A stretch of 64,000 nucleotides of DNA from Prorocentrum cordatum (GCA_963575745.1 CAUYUJ010000001.1:2604001-2668000), one strand, 5' to 3'; counted from the stretch's first letter, positions 25,511 to 38,198 are shown. The notes: a model not told the origin generated them from the letters alone. Numbers and translations are program-made.

Positions 25511-28500
25511 CCGCCCGCAGGCGGCGGACGTGGTGGAGCTGGTGACGGCCAACGCCACCGCGTGGGGCTCGGCGCAGTCGCTGGTCGAGTGGCTGCACGG
25601 TGATCTGCCTCCAGGAGCACCGCCTCAAGGGCAAGCAGGCGGTGGCCCGCGCTGCGGGCTGGATGCAGGCGCGCGGCTTCAGCTGGCACGGCCAGGCGGC
25701 GCTGCCGACGGGCCCAGGGCCGCTGGAGAGCTCGGGAGGAGTGGCAGTGGCCACTCTGCGGCCGTCGGCGGCCGCCGCCGCGCCTGGGCCCCCTGCCCAT
25801 CGGTTCCAGGTGTGCGAGGTGAACCTGGGGTTCAGGGAGCCGTGCCGCGTCATCTCGGCTTACTTCATCACGAAGGTGGGCAGGGCGAAGGAGAACATCG
25901 GGCTCCTGGCGGCGCTGCACGAGTTCGTGGGGCAGCTGGAGTCGCCGTGGATCGTGATGGGTGACTGGAACATGGAGCCCGAGGACGTCCGTGAGTGGGC
26001 GCGCAGCGCTGGCGGTGCGCTCGTCGCCCCAGAGGAGCCGACCTGCGGCTCGAAGGTCTTCGACTTCGCGGTCGCCAGCAAGGTCCTCACGGGCTTTGTG
26101 GATGCGGCTGAGGTGCTGCTGAGGGCGCCGACGAAGGACCACGTGCCGTCCAAGGTGGTGCTGCGCGGCGTGGGGCCAGCGGCGAAGGTGCAGCGGCCGC
26201 TCTTCCCTGCCGCCTTCCCATTGCCGCTGCCGCCGCCAGTGCGGCCAGCGCCGCTCGAGCGTGCCTTCTCGACCTGGAGCCCCGGCGGTGGGCAGTCGCT
26301 CAAGGTGGGCTGCCAGGAGTGGTTCGAGGCGGCGGGGGCCTACCTGATCGACCTCCGCGAGATCGCGCCGCCCAGCCGCTGGAAAGGGCGCGCCGGCGGG
26401 CTGCGAGCGCAGAGGGTCGAGATGGAGGTGGCCTGGCAGCAGGGCCTCAAGAGGAGTGTTGGCGCTGCCTGCAGGCGCTGGATGTCATTCGCGGCGGCAT
26501 GCGCCCGCTGGCGCGCGCTGCAGGAGGCGGCGCCAGGAGGTCGCTGCTGGGCGCCGCTGCGCAAGCAGCGCGAGGTGCTGATGGCGTTCGAGCTCGAGCG
26601 GCCTGAGGAAGGCCCGCTGGCTGGGCTGTCGGTGGCCCGCGTGGTGGGCCTGCTCAGCTCCTCATCGTGCCAGCTGACGGTGCAGTTCGTCCAGGGGGAG
26701 GCGAGGCGGCGCTGGAGGCTGGACAAGCAGCAGAAGGCCGCGGAGTGGCGCACCTGGGCCCAGGCCGCGGCCACCGAGAAGGGCGGCTCGGCGGCCCACC
26801 GCTTCATCAAGCAGGTCGCGGCGGCGCCCGCGGTGGTGCTCGCGGGCGCGGACGGGGGCGACGACCCGCGCATGCCCGTTGCGGGCGAGGCCGCAGTGGC
26901 TGCGCTGCTGGAGGCGCGGCAGCCGCTCTGGATCAAGCCGTCGCGTGCAGGCGAGGCGGCGCCCGAGGACTGGGGCGTCCAGGAGTCGGAGCTGCCGCCG
27001 CTGGAGCTCGAGGACCTCGAGCGGGTCTTGGGCACCTACCGCGAGGGGTGCGGCCTAGGGTGGGATAGGCTCCACCCGAAGCAGCTGCTGCGCCTCCCGC
27101 GGTCCTACAGGCAGCGCTTCCTGGAGCTCCCCATGGCCTGGGGGCGGAAGCCTTCGCGGGAGGCGCTGTGGCAGCTGATCGTGGTGTTCACCCCCAATAC
27201 TACTGGCGGCCAGCGGCCGATCGGCCTCGCGGCCATCTGGCTGAGGGTCTGGAGCAGGTTGCGACAGCCGCTGGTGGCCCGCTGGGAGGTCTCGTTGAAG
27301 AACCCTGCCTTCTGGGGCACGTCGGAGTGCCCGTGCGAGCGCGCGGGGGCGGTGCACAACCTCCTGGCAGCCTTTGCTCGCAGCAGGGGCCTCTCGGCGG
27401 CCACGGGTGTCACCGACCTGGCGCGGTTCTACGAGCACGTCAGCCATGAGGAGCTGCGCGTGCAGGCGGCCGCCGCGGAGTTCCCGCTCGCGCTGCTGCA
27501 GTGCTACTGCGTGTCGTACCGCACGCAGCGCCGCGTTTCCTGGTGTGGCTCGGTCTCCCAGCCGTTCGAAGCGAACGGCGCCATTGTGGCGGGCTGCAGT
27601 GGTGCGGTCGGGCTGGCCAAGCTGCTGGTGCACACCCTCTTCGTGAAGATTGTGCGCACTAACCCTATGGTTCGCCTGCAGAACGTCGTCGACGACGTGC
27701 TGCTGCAGGCTGTCGGCGGCAGGGCTCAGGTGGTGCAGCAGCTCCCCAGGGCCATGGCTGCCCTCGCAGAGGGCCTGGTCGCCAAGGGGCTTGTCATCTC
27801 GGAGGCGAAGCCGGGCTGCCTAGCGAACGGCGAGGACCTCGGCGACGCGCTGGACGGCTGCTGGGCGCACGGGCCGCTGCCCCGCTGGACTGGCGCCCGC
27901 TGCCTTGGCGGCGACGCCGCCGATGGGCGCTGGAGGCGCGCGCGCGAGCAGGGCGCTCGGCTCGGCCGCGCGGTGGCGGTCAGTGCGCGGGCGCGCCTGC
28001 TGCGCAGTGCTGGTGCGCAGGTGGGCCACATCCAGAGAGGCAGCCCCGCGGCCACCGCCGTCTGGGGCTCCGCGGTGACGGGCCTCGCCTGCGGGAAGCT
28101 GCGCGGCCTGCGGGTCGCCGCCATGCGCGCGGAGGGCAGGCTGCCCATGGGCGCCAGCGTCGGCCTGCGGCTGCGGGCGCTGCACGGCGCTGCCTACCGT
28201 GACCCCTTCGCGGTGCACGCGGTGGAGGTGGCGCGCTCCTCGGGCGTGACGCTGGAGACGGGCCTGCCCAGCGCCGCGGTGGTGCAGGAGTGCTGGCTCG
28301 GGGCGCAAGGCTTGCTCGACCTTCGCCGCCCCTGGGGGCAGCGCCGCGACCCTGCGCAGGCTTGTGTGCTGGCGTTACGACGGGTCGGCATCGATATGGT
28401 GGCCTACAATGCCGTCATCGACTGGCAGGCGCGCGTCCTCTCGCTGGAGTTATACTCGCCTGGCATGCTGGTGCAGGTGGTGCGCGAGTCGGCGATGCTG

Positions 28501-30366
28501 GCCTCGGACGTGCTCGCGCTGAAGCGGCTGCGCGGGCCTGGCGCCTGGGCATGGCCTGTGCACTGGAAGGGGCTGGAGCGCCTCCTCCACGCGCGCCGCC
28601 GCCCCGAGGGGCAGGCCGACGCCGAGGCCGCCGATGGCGCTGGCCGCCTGGTGCCCGCGCCGCCGCCGCCGCACTGGCAGGCCCGCCACAGGCGAGCGCT
28701 CGTGGCGGTCCTCGGCGGCTCCCACTGGCCGCAGGAGCGCCTCTGGAAGGAGGGCAAGGCGCGCGACGGCCTCTGCCGCCTCTGCGGTGGCCGAGGCACG
28801 CTGCGGCACAGGGCCTTCGAGTGCGACGCCTGGCTGCCTCTGCGGCGGGACGCGTGCTCGCCTGAGCTGCTGGAGGGGGCGCGGCTGGTGGCGCAGCGCG
28901 GGGACGCCGCGGCGGAGCTCTTCGCGCGTGCGTTGTGCCCCGACCCCGCCCTAGCCTTCCCCGCGGCGGCCGACGCCGCGCTCGCGGCCCCGCGCTGGTT
29001 CGGCGTGCCGCCTGGCTCGAAATTCGCGGGCAGGGTCTTCGTGGACGGCAGCGCCAGGTTTCCTGCGCTGCGCGGGGCCCGCCGCGCAGGCTGGGCGGTG
29101 GTGCAGATCGGCCTCAGCAGGGGGGTCATCGGCGGGATGCACGGCATCGTCCCGCGGGCGTACGGGCCCGAGCAGGAGGCCAGGGACGGCGAGGACTACG
29201 CGTTCCACATGCTGGCCCAGTTCTGGCTGCCGTCGGCCGGCGGCTCGGGCCTTGAGGTCTTCTGCGACTGCGCGGGCGCGGTCGGCTTGGCGCTCTCGCA
29301 AGGCAAGGCCCTCGCGCCGCTGCAGGCGCGCCGCCACCTGTGGCAGGAGTGGTGGGCAGGGCCAGGCCCGTCGGCCACGGTGCGCAAGGTCAAGGCGCAC
29401 ACGGTGCTCGCAGCGGCCTCCTGGGAGGATGAGCTCCTGATCAGGGGCAACAGGGCAGCCGACCTGTGGGCCAAGAGAGGCGCCGCCCTGTGGCCGATCG
29501 ACGAGGAGCGGGTCTGGTTCCTCCAGGCATGCGCCTGGCGCGTGGAGGAGCTCGGGCGCTGGGTCGGCGAGCTGGCCGCCACCATGGTGGACCGCGAGCA
29601 GCTGGACTCGGACGGGGTGGTGGGCACGGCCGACCTCGTCTACGACATCCCGCAGGCGGCGCTGGACGCGGCGGAGCTGGCCGACGCGGAGGTGGCGGCG
29701 CTGGCGCTCGAGGCCGACCTCGAGCTCGGCCAGGCGCCTGGCGCTGCTGCTGGGGCCGCTGCTGGCGTGGAGCTCGGCCAGGCGACCGCTGCTGCCGCTG
29801 GGGCCGCGGCCGACGAGCTTGCGGAGGCAGCTGTGGCCGCTCCCGAGCTGAAGGCTGCGGCAGCTGGAGCTGGAGTGGCGCGGGTGGTGCGCGGGCACTG
29901 CATCGTCGTCTCGCGCCTCGTGAACGGCGACGGGGCCATGGCCTGGTGCCTGAAGTGCGGCTGCCGCTTCTGGAAGCGGTCCCCTCCAGCTGGGACAGGC
30001 CTGCTGGGCAGCTGCAAAGGGCGGCCTGCCCCAGGCGAGAGGGCGGCGGAGGCGCGGCGGCTCTTGATGCGCCTCCAGGAGCCGAAGAGCAGGGCGAGGC
30101 TCTTCGCTCCTCAGCCGCCCACGGAGGAGGAGCAGGCGCGGCTCGCGGCGGTGCTCCACGGCGACGCAGGCGCTGTGGACGGCGCTGGAGCTCCCGCTGG
30201 AGCAGGGCGGTCGCCGCGCTGGGGGCTGCGGCCCGCCACGGCAGACGCCTGGCAGGCGGCCGAGCTCCACGGCTTCGCCTCGCCTGCTGCCGCCGCTCGC
30301 TGGGCGCGGGCGCGCGTGGCGGCGGGCAGGGAGTCGCCCTTCGGCGACGGCGAGGGCGCGGTCTGA
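25506..30366 (+). CDS. LINE-B ORF2 polyprotein: APE endonuclease, reverse transcriptase, CCHC finger, RNase H, C-terminal Cys motif (one frameshift ~25595)
   Basis: VTANATAW, ICLQEH, MGDWN, FDFAV, KDH; RPIGL, DLARFYE, IVAGCS, NVVDD; CRLC..HRAFEC; FVDGS..CDC..KVKAH..GNRAAD. Confidence 0.92.
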
Positions 30367-30458
30367 CAGCTGCGCAGACGGCACCTGGTTTAGCCCGCCG
30401 GCAGGGCGCCAGGGGGCCGAACATAAAAATAGCCTCGTACTCTTCCTCCTGCTCCTCC

Positions 30459-30558
30459 NNNNNNNNNNNNNNNNNNNNNNNNNNNNNNNNNNNNNNNNNN
30501 NNNNNNNNNNNNNNNNNNNNNNNNNNNNNNNNNNNNNNNNNNNNNNNNNNNNNNNNNN
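30459..30558. other. Assembly gap (100 N) inside a (CCT)n tract
   Basis: Run of n. Confidence 1.
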
Positions 30559-30667
30559 TCCTCCTCCTCCCCTCCTCGTCCTCGTCCTCCTCCTTCAAGC
30601 TCCTCCAAGCTGCGGAACGTCTGCCTCCAGATGAAACACGACGCCCAGGGTTAAAAAGGGGGGTGAA

Positions 30668-31547
30668 TTAAGAGATGGTGAGGCGAAAGCTCCTGCCCAC
30701 CACTCGGTTGGTGGAAGGATCCCTCCCCTCCTTGAGCAGCCTCAGGGTATTCTCTCCGTCCTTGTTGCGGGGGTTCCCACGGCAGGGACCACCGAGCAAG
30801 CGGAGCCTGGAACTCCCGAAGGCTGCACACATAGAGCACCACACTAGGGAGGAACCCATGAGCCAGAGCCGATGAGACTTGTCGGCCAGGCGGGCCAATC
30901 GTGGGAGGCCCGTGCATGGCATAGCACACACAGCACGCTCAGACAGACCACGACCTCCGCAGCGGGCGCAAATGAAAGCTCGAGAAGACTTGCCCACTCG
31001 CTGCAGAACGTGGCCTTGACGGTCTGGGACGAGCTGGAAAGCATTGTACGTCGGGCGGCGGGGCTTATTTACCCGCTGGACGTCAGGAAACTTGAAATTG
31101 GACAAATGATTACCGAAGGCGCCAATGAGTTTGCAAACGGAACGGACCGAATCGCGGCTATCTTTGCGCCTGCGCACAAGCTCGGGATTCGAAACATGCG
31201 CCTTGGCACCTTGCTGAGCAAGCATGTCAGCGAGCGTGTGGCCAGACCATGCCCAGAACGGCGCCTTGGAGGTTCGGGAGCACGCCTGCCAGGAAAGGTG
31301 GGCCTTGATTTTACGGAGCTCGATGTTCTCGAGTCCGAAGTCGGTGGCTGAAAAAAAAACACCTCATCCCACAACTCAGCGAAAGCGACATGGGAGCGGT
31401 CCGCGTTGGGGCCAGCTGTCCAAATGTCAATGACAGCTTGGTAATCCGAGTAAATGATAAGGAGGCCAGGGGCAGCAAGACGGATGGCCATGATGAGGGC
31501 ATACATCCCCCCCCCCCCCACACCGCTTCGTTGAAGGGGGTGTGTGG

Positions 31548-31626
<79 letters not shown>

Positions 31627-31629
31627 GTG

Positions 31630-31678
<49 letters not shown>

Positions 31679-34600
31679 TGGGGGGGGGGGGGGGGGGGGG
31701 GGGGGTCCAAAGACACTGCCGTCAGGGCCTCCTACTTCTTGCATGCTAACAACAGCCCGACCAGCTCTGGCCGAAAAAGGGTTCCGTTGGTCCAGACCCG
31801 ACCCGTCAATACAAAGCCGAGGGCCAAGGAGGCCCGAGGACGGGCGAAGGTGCCAGAGCCTGGAATCGGCCATAGACAGGGGGGGGCCATTCGGCCCCAG
31901 GGTCGGGTCCAAGGGCCCTAGTGCACAACAAACCCTGCTCGGGTCTACCTACTTCTTCTCGGGCGACTTCGGCCAAATCGAGATCTCGACGGAAGAGGTG
32001 GAAGCCTGGGCGCTCGTAGAGCCTGTGCTTGGGGGTCCCATGGGCCTGGCCACAGCGGAGGCAGTGGGGGTTCAGCACACGGCGGTCAGTGAACAACTGC
32101 AACTGGCACGGGTACCCTCCTGCAACCACTCCGCTCAGGAAGATGGCGGCGTCAACATTATCTTTACTTCGAAAGGCCTGCAGCTCCTCTCGGACCACTG
32201 AGATGAGAGGCGGGCATAACTGGCCAGCCGCGTTCGGGATGGATACATGACGCAGCAACTGGCGGTAGGTGGCCTGCTCGATCAAGGTGGCCACCGTATG
32301 CCTACCAAAGGAACCTAGGTCGATGAAGATCCCGCCCCCGATGTCCCACTTGTCGAACTCCACCCCCGCCCAACAGAGACGCGGGGGAGTGGCCAGCACG
32401 ACGCCCGTTGGGCCGAGGACCTTGGGCCACTTGCCAGCAGAGTTGGAGGACTGGTAACGCTTCCAGCAACTGCTAAGCATGGACCTGGGAAGCCATCGTT
32501 GTTGGATAGCCTGGTGCCACATTCCAAGAGGGAGCAGATTCGCCTGGTAGGTGGGGTCCGACTTGTGGTCCTGGTTGAGAAGGAACTGGATCGTTCTGCT
32601 ACGGCCCCTGGCAGGGCCGAATGCCGCATCTCCGATGATGGCTCTCAAAGAAGCCAGCTGGGTTGGGGCCGCGCCAGTGACCCTGACGCCGTACAGGGCC
32701 GCTGGGGCCCCACCCGTCTCGATGACCCTGTGCGTGCCCGACAAGGTCGACCTGAGACCACGGAACCTCCTGATGCGCAGGAGTAGGGATTGCCAACGTC
32801 GCTGCTGGACCTTGGCAGAGCGCCTGGGAGTCCCTGCGAAGTCCACACCTAGGTTCTTCGTGGCCCCCATGCCCTTGAAATCCCAGAACAAGAGACCCGC
32901 GCGGATAACCTGGGCGATCTGGGCCGGCGAGCCCGTGACGATACCTTTGGTGGGCGAGATGGTGAACCCCAAAGCCTCGAGCTGGACGCAGATGAACTTG
33001 GTGGTTCCCCAAACCATGTGGGTAACATGCTTACGCTTACCCACAGCTCCTATAGTAACGTCATCCACGACATTGTAGACAGATATGCTGGGGTAGAGGC
33101 GGACAGCGTCGTCCCACACGTCGAGCAAAAAACAAAATAAGAGAGTGGTGGCAAACGAACAGCCTGCCAGGACCCCTTGCTCGACATAAATGTCTGCTGC
33201 TACTCGCATGTCAAACTGCAGCGAGCGCTTGCCACGATGCAGCGCAAGCAGGGACCTAAGCCGACGCGCTGGGAAGCCGTGCTTAATCCCCGAGCGCGCG
33301 AGGAGGTAGTGGGGCACCTTTGCGTAGCATTTGGTCATGTCAACCAGGGCGTGCGCAGATTGATGTTTGCATATGTGCGTATGCTCGAGACGAACCGATT
33401 GCTCCCAGCCCTCTCGCACGACTTGCCCATGCTGCCGAACTGATACGCACGAAGATGGGCCTCCTCCCATCTCTTGGCTTCGATCCGAGAAAACCTACCG
33501 ACTATGCGAATGTTTCCTGGTAGAACTCCGATAGGTCGGCGACCCCCGTCGTCACGAGGAATCATTGCGAGCAGGATGTGATGGAGGGGCTCTTGGTTTC
33601 CTGGCCTAGGCGCTCCATGTGAAACCACATGCTCGCCAGGCACTGCAAGCCTGCGTCGGATAACAGCAGACAGTCCCGCGGTCTGGTGCGGTCTGCCCCC
33701 GCGGCCGCGAGCGCCTTGACGGTCTTGGCCACAGCGCGGATGTCCTCAGGAGACGCCTGAGCGAGAGGCTGTTCTCCAGACCGAAAAATAACTTGGCTGA
33801 GGTATTGGATGGGGCCGGGCAAGTTGGCAACGTGAGGGGCAGGGGTCCAGATCTTCTTCCACTCCTCCTCCAGACACCTCATCTGCTCCTCAAGGCTGGG
33901 AGGGGGGCCCCCTTCGGGGTTGTCGGGGATGAACCCACGAGGCTTCTTGGTGAACCGGTGCGCCAGGCCTCCTCCTCCCTCGAGAGATTTAGCAACCCAA
34001 GTCCGCCACTGCTTGGCCCTCTTGGTGCGGAAGCGCCGTTCGAACAGCTCTGCCTGGCGCTTGGACGCAGCGGCAAACTGCAGCAACTGGTTAATCTCGA
34101 TCGAGCCGAGCTGGAAATGCGCGCGCAAGTGCTTCCACTCGGGGTTCTCGAGGAGCTTATTCGGGCCCGAGGCCAACTTGGAGCCCAGCGAGAGGATCTC
34201 TGGATGGTCCCTCGGGTGGTCCTTCCTGAGCAGGCACGCCAACTGCAGAAACCAAGTAGCCACCTTCCTCCAAGCACGGCCTTCAGGACAAGAAACAAGG
34301 TAATCTCCTCCGGAAGTCCGCACAGCTGAAACCCCCTTAAACTTGAGCCCGTTGGCCCTGCCAGAATAGGTACGGTCCAGGGAATCGACGCCGTGGGCAC
34401 TCTTGAGTTCCGCCTCGAAGAGCTTGCAAAACTGAACATAAGCCTGGTCCAGATCGTAAGGGGCCACATTGGGACTGTCGAGGATGTCGCTGCAGGGGGC
34501 CCACGACGGGGGAGTCGGGTAGGGGCCCATGGGGCGCTCCTTCGGGAACGGCTTGGGCCCTTGCAGAACCTTGACCTTGGCCTCCAATGGATTCCCTTCA

Positions 34601-35843
34601 AGCTCCAACGACACCGCGTAATGGGGCGATGTGGTGCTGGCCTCGTTGCGATCAATCTTTCTCCACGCGATGTGGTGCTGGCGTGTGGCGGACTCGAGGC
34701 CCCGCGAGACAACAAAGAAATCGATGGTCCTCCACTGCTTGTCCGACTTGCCGCACGTGGGTCTGCTAGAATGCAAAGTTGTGCCGCCTTGTCAGCCCAC
34801 CCAGTGTTGAGCAGCTGTGATGGGTGAGTGTTCCAATCCCCTCCAATGATGAACGGAATCTGCAGCTGGTGGATCTCTTCGCCTATGCGATTCAAAGTCC
34901 TGATCGAGTCGAGGCCTAGCGGGCCGTTGCAATCTAAATAAAGCGAGAAGACCGCCAGGCCTCCAGGGGCGAACGTGTTGACCCACGCGGAGCATGCCCT
35001 CTCAGGCTGAGGAAGGGGGCGAGCGAGTGGCAAAGCTCCAATGGGGATGTGCGGACGAACCGCAATTCCTGTACCGCTGCTGAGTCCCCCTCCCAGGGTG
35101 GGGATACTGGGATTGACGATCGATTTCCACCCTATGCTCTTCAGCTGGTTGACCCCCTCGTACGGCGGCTCCCCGAAGCTGAAGTCCTGGAGGAAAACGA
35201 TGGTCCCCTGGGCCTCGTCCTGCAAATATGTTTTGAGAGATCCCCAGGACGTAGTATTGGCCGTGTCGAACACCACGCGCTTCAACTCTGACGAGGAAGG
35301 AAGAGTGGGTTTGGCGCGCGCGCCAGGCGTGCTGGCATCCTGCTCGCTCGCGCCTCCAGACTCACAGGAAGGTCGGGGGCATGTGCAAGCGGGAGTTCGC
35401 AGCGCCGAAGCTGAAACAGATCTCGTAGTAGATGATGGCTGCACCGCCCCTGCCGACGGCGACTGGACAGGACGACAGGGCAGCTGAGCAGGAAGGCGAA
35501 ACTGAAACCATGATGGTGCTGGTGTCATGCGTGCGCAGCTTGAGAATCTCGGGGCAATTTCGGGCTGCCCCCAACCCAGTGAGGTAGTGCCCGTGGAGGA
35601 GGTATCGCGAGGCAAGCCGTGCCGCGAACATGTGGCGCCCTCTGCCTGCCATGCTCGCGCCGATTCCCTGCCCCAGGGTCCCTCTAGGCGGTCCCAGCGC
35701 CTCGGGGGCGCTGGCCTACCGAGGGTTTCGTCTGGGGGGGGGGGGGGTCTCAGCGGTCTCATGGCAGGTGAGTGTGGCGACCATGTCGGAGACGTCGAAA
35801 TCGAAGTCCCGAGCGTAGTTGCCCACTGCCATGATAGGCTAAA
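30668..35843 (-). pseudogene. LINE-C ORF2 (APE-RT-ZnF-RNase H), several frameshifts
   Basis: DTANTTSW, IGGDWN, TIDFFV; RPIGVL, DMTKCY, QGVLAGCS, NVVDD; CLRCG..HRLYE; CIDGS..YSDY..KVKAH..LADMLA; WCSMC. Confidence 0.9.
31505..31705. repeat. (TG)n plus poly-G/poly-C tract inside the LINE-C RNase H domain
   Basis: Lies between the DGS and SD motif segments. Confidence 0.9.
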
Positions 35844-37248
35844 GTCCTGGCTGCGAATGACCTGGTTCGACTGAATTTCTTGAAAGTGCAAGGGCCATGT
35901 CGAGCCGCAACCTGTGCTCAGCAGAGTCCGACGCATCGACAGGGCGCTTCTCAGCGGTAGAACCCTGGTTGATGTCGCAGGCCTGGGCCACTGCGGCAGC
36001 CGATGGGGCCGAGGGGGCCCTCGGGCCTGGGGCAGTGGCAAGAGTGGCCGCGAGGGCCTCGGCTGCTGCGGGGGTAGCAGCCGCGGCCGAGCCAGGGGTG
36101 GCTGGCGCGCCACCTCTAGCAGCGTCGCAGTCGCCCTCGTCGTCGATGCCGAACTTGCGGCGCTTGAGCTGCATGCGGGCACGGAAGGCGCGCTGCTCGT
36201 CGACCAGCTCCTTGGCCCTCTGCTTGACCTGGCCAAAGGACTCCGCCACTGCCCTCTTGATGGTGTATTCGGCCTCCGCCTTGCGCCGAGCCACCTCTTC
36301 GCGCTCGTGTTCAGAGGGCTCGACGCCCTCGGCCTCCAAACCGAACAGGCCGTCGTCGGCGAAGATCTCAACAGAAGCGTGCTCGTCCAGCAGGCGTTCC
36401 AGGCTGAGGCCGCGGGTGCGGGGCGCGGCTGCGGGGGCCGCTGTCGCGCCCGCACCCTCGGGATGCACATGCTCGGCCAGGATGCGCACTGCCCTGTGGC
36501 AGTTAGCTTGGCACTCCTCGAAATCGGAGAGGGCGCTGATGGCGGCCTGCTCTGCGTCGTGGAGCTGTTGCTTGGGAGACCCAGCAGCGCGCACTTTTTT
36601 GTCCAGGAACGTATTCGCCTCACGCATGGCGTGCTGAGCAGCCCCCACCGTCTGGGGCTTGGGCACCGCGGCCATCTGCAGCTGGCTGGCACAACGGTTG
36701 TACAAGTCGGCACTGTGCGTGTCGCCAGTGCGCTGGAAATTCGCGGCCAAACTGAGCAGCACTGACACGTCCTCCTTGGAATAGCTGGTCCAAGAGTGAT
36801 GACCTGCCGAGCGTAGCCATCCAGATTCACCCAGCTGAAGTCCAGGCATTCTGGGCTCACTCGCTGGCTTGCCTGGGCCAGGTGGCTGCGGAGCTGAGGA
36901 CAGGGCATCGGTTTGACCCTTGCCTTTGCCCTTGTCGGAGTTGCCTCCCTTGCCGCCCTTGGTGAACTGGGATGCGCCTGTGCCCGCATCGCCCCCGTCG
37001 CACAGGGAGCGGTGGGAGCCCGCGGGGGGCCTGCTGGCCCAGGCGCCCGAGGCCTCGGGCGGAGCGGACGGGGCCACGAAGGACAATGGCTGCAGGCAGT
37101 GCTTGCAGAACCAGTAGTGTTTCTTGTTGTTCTTGCAACCGCAGTGGGGGCAGGGCGCTTTGCTGAGCGCTTCGCCGTCGCCGTACCATTGCTGAGGCTC
37201 ACCTGTTGGCTTGCGCACCCAAGGATCACGAAAGAACAGAGGAGCCAT
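35839..37248 (-). CDS. LINE-C ORF1 (C4 zinc finger, coiled coil)
   Basis: MAPLFF...CPHCGCKNNKKHYWFCKHC; open to TAG at 35839; start chosen as the ATG before the finger. Confidence 0.8.
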   Translation of the reverse strand: MAPLFFRDPWVRKPTGEPQQWYGDGEALSKAPCPHCGCKNNKKHYWFCKHCLQPLSFVAPSAPPEASGAWASRPPAGSHRSLCDGGDAGTGASQFTKGGKGGNSDKGKGKGQTDALSSAPQPPGPGKPASEPRMPGLQLGESGWLRSAGHHSWTSYSKEDVSVLLSLAANFQRTGDTHSADLYNRCASQLQMAAVPKPQTVGAAQHAMREANTFLDKKVRAAGSPKQQLHDAEQAAISALSDFEECQANCHRAVRILAEHVHPEGAGATAAPAAAPRTRGLSLERLLDEHASVEIFADDGLFGLEAEGVEPSEHEREEVARRKAEAEYTIKRAVAESFGQVKQRAKELVDEQRAFRARMQLKRRKFGIDDEGDCDAARGGAPATPGSAAAATPAAAEALAATLATAPGPRAPSAPSAAAVAQACDINQGSTAEKRPVDASDSAEHRLRLDMALALSRNSVEPGHSQPGL

Positions 37249-37395
37249 CGGCGAGCCGTAGCCAGGGGCTGACCTGACTGGGACGTCGTTGCTCCAGCAG
37301 GAGATCACAAAGAAAATGAAGGGAACCAACCTCGTCTGGCAGGCAACGAGGAGAAACTGTGGGGGCCGTCCTTCCCCCTTGCCAAACAGCCAGGT

Positions 37396-37438
37396 CCTGT
37401 GCCGAAACACTACGGACTTGAGCCTAAATGGCTACGGA
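37396..37438 (-). other. DinoSL (21/22) followed by an older degenerate SL
   Basis: TCCGTAGCCATTTAGGCTCAAG (37438-37417) + TCCGTAGTGTTTCGGCACAGG (37416-37396). Confidence 0.9.
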
Positions 37439-37440
37439 GG

Positions 37441-37472
37441 TCCTCCCTCTCCTCCTCCTCCTCCTCCTCCTC

Positions 37473-37508
<36 letters not shown>

Positions 37509-38033
37509 CCCTCCTTCTCCTCGTGCTCCTCCTCCTCCTCCTCGTCCTCCTCCTCCTCCTCCTCGTCCTCGGTTTCCTCCTCCTCCTTCTCCACCTCCTC
37601 GTCCTCGTCCTCGTCCTCCCCTCCTCGTCCTCCTCCTCCTCCTCCTCGTCCTCGTTCTCCTCCTCGTCCTCCTCCTCCTCGTTCTCTTTTTCCTCCTCCT
37701 CCTTGTCCTCGTTCTCCTCCTCTCCTCCTCCTCCTCCTCCTCCTCCTCCTCCTCCTCCCTCCTCCTCCTCTCCTCTCCTCCTCCTCCTCTCTCCTCCTCC
37801 TCTCCTCCTCCCTCCTCGTCCTCTCTCCTCCTCCCTCCTCCTCTCCTCCTCCTCCTCCTCTCCTCCTCCTCCTCCTCCTCCTCCTCGTCCTCCTCCCTCC
37901 TCCTCCTCCTCTCCTCCTTCCTCGTCCTCGTCCTCGTCGTCCTCGTCCTCCTCCTCCTTCTTCTTCTTCTCCTTCTTCTTCTTCTTCTTTTCCTCCTCCT
38001 CCTCCTCCTCCTCCTCCTCCTCCTCCTCCTCTC
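37441..38033. repeat. (CCT)n microsatellite
   Basis: Direct reading. Confidence 0.97.
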
Positions 38034-38198
38034 CCTGCGAGCGGAGCCTGGAGGCCCGCAAAGGGGGGGTCCCACAGCGGTGGGGCGACAGGCTGCGCCG
38101 TGGCCACGGGATCCCAAAGAGGACCTTGCCGCGCGGTCCGTCACCGCACCGCCGCGGGGCCCCGGATGCCCCAATCGCCCGAGACGTCCCTGGATAGA

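Larger units (their letters stand above)
24274..30432 (+). mobile_element. LINE-B: full-length non-LTR retrotransposon (ORF1; APE-RT-ZnF-RNase H) with 15-bp TSD
   Basis: TSD CCTCGTACTCTTCCT at 24259-24273 and 30433-30447; A-rich tail ATAAAAATA; inserted in (CCT)n; degenerate SL-like head TAGCCGTTTCGGGGCGAG. Confidence 0.95.
30595..37438 (-). mobile_element. LINE-C: full-length decayed non-LTR retrotransposon, same clade as LINE-B
   Basis: SL head, ORF1, ORF2 domains in the same order as LINE-B; (CCT)n on both flanks; 3' boundary approximate. Confidence 0.92.

Noticed and set aside
23896..30598. Long antisense ORFs over LINE-B
   Set aside because: Expected shadow frames of a very GC-rich coding region; no motifs.
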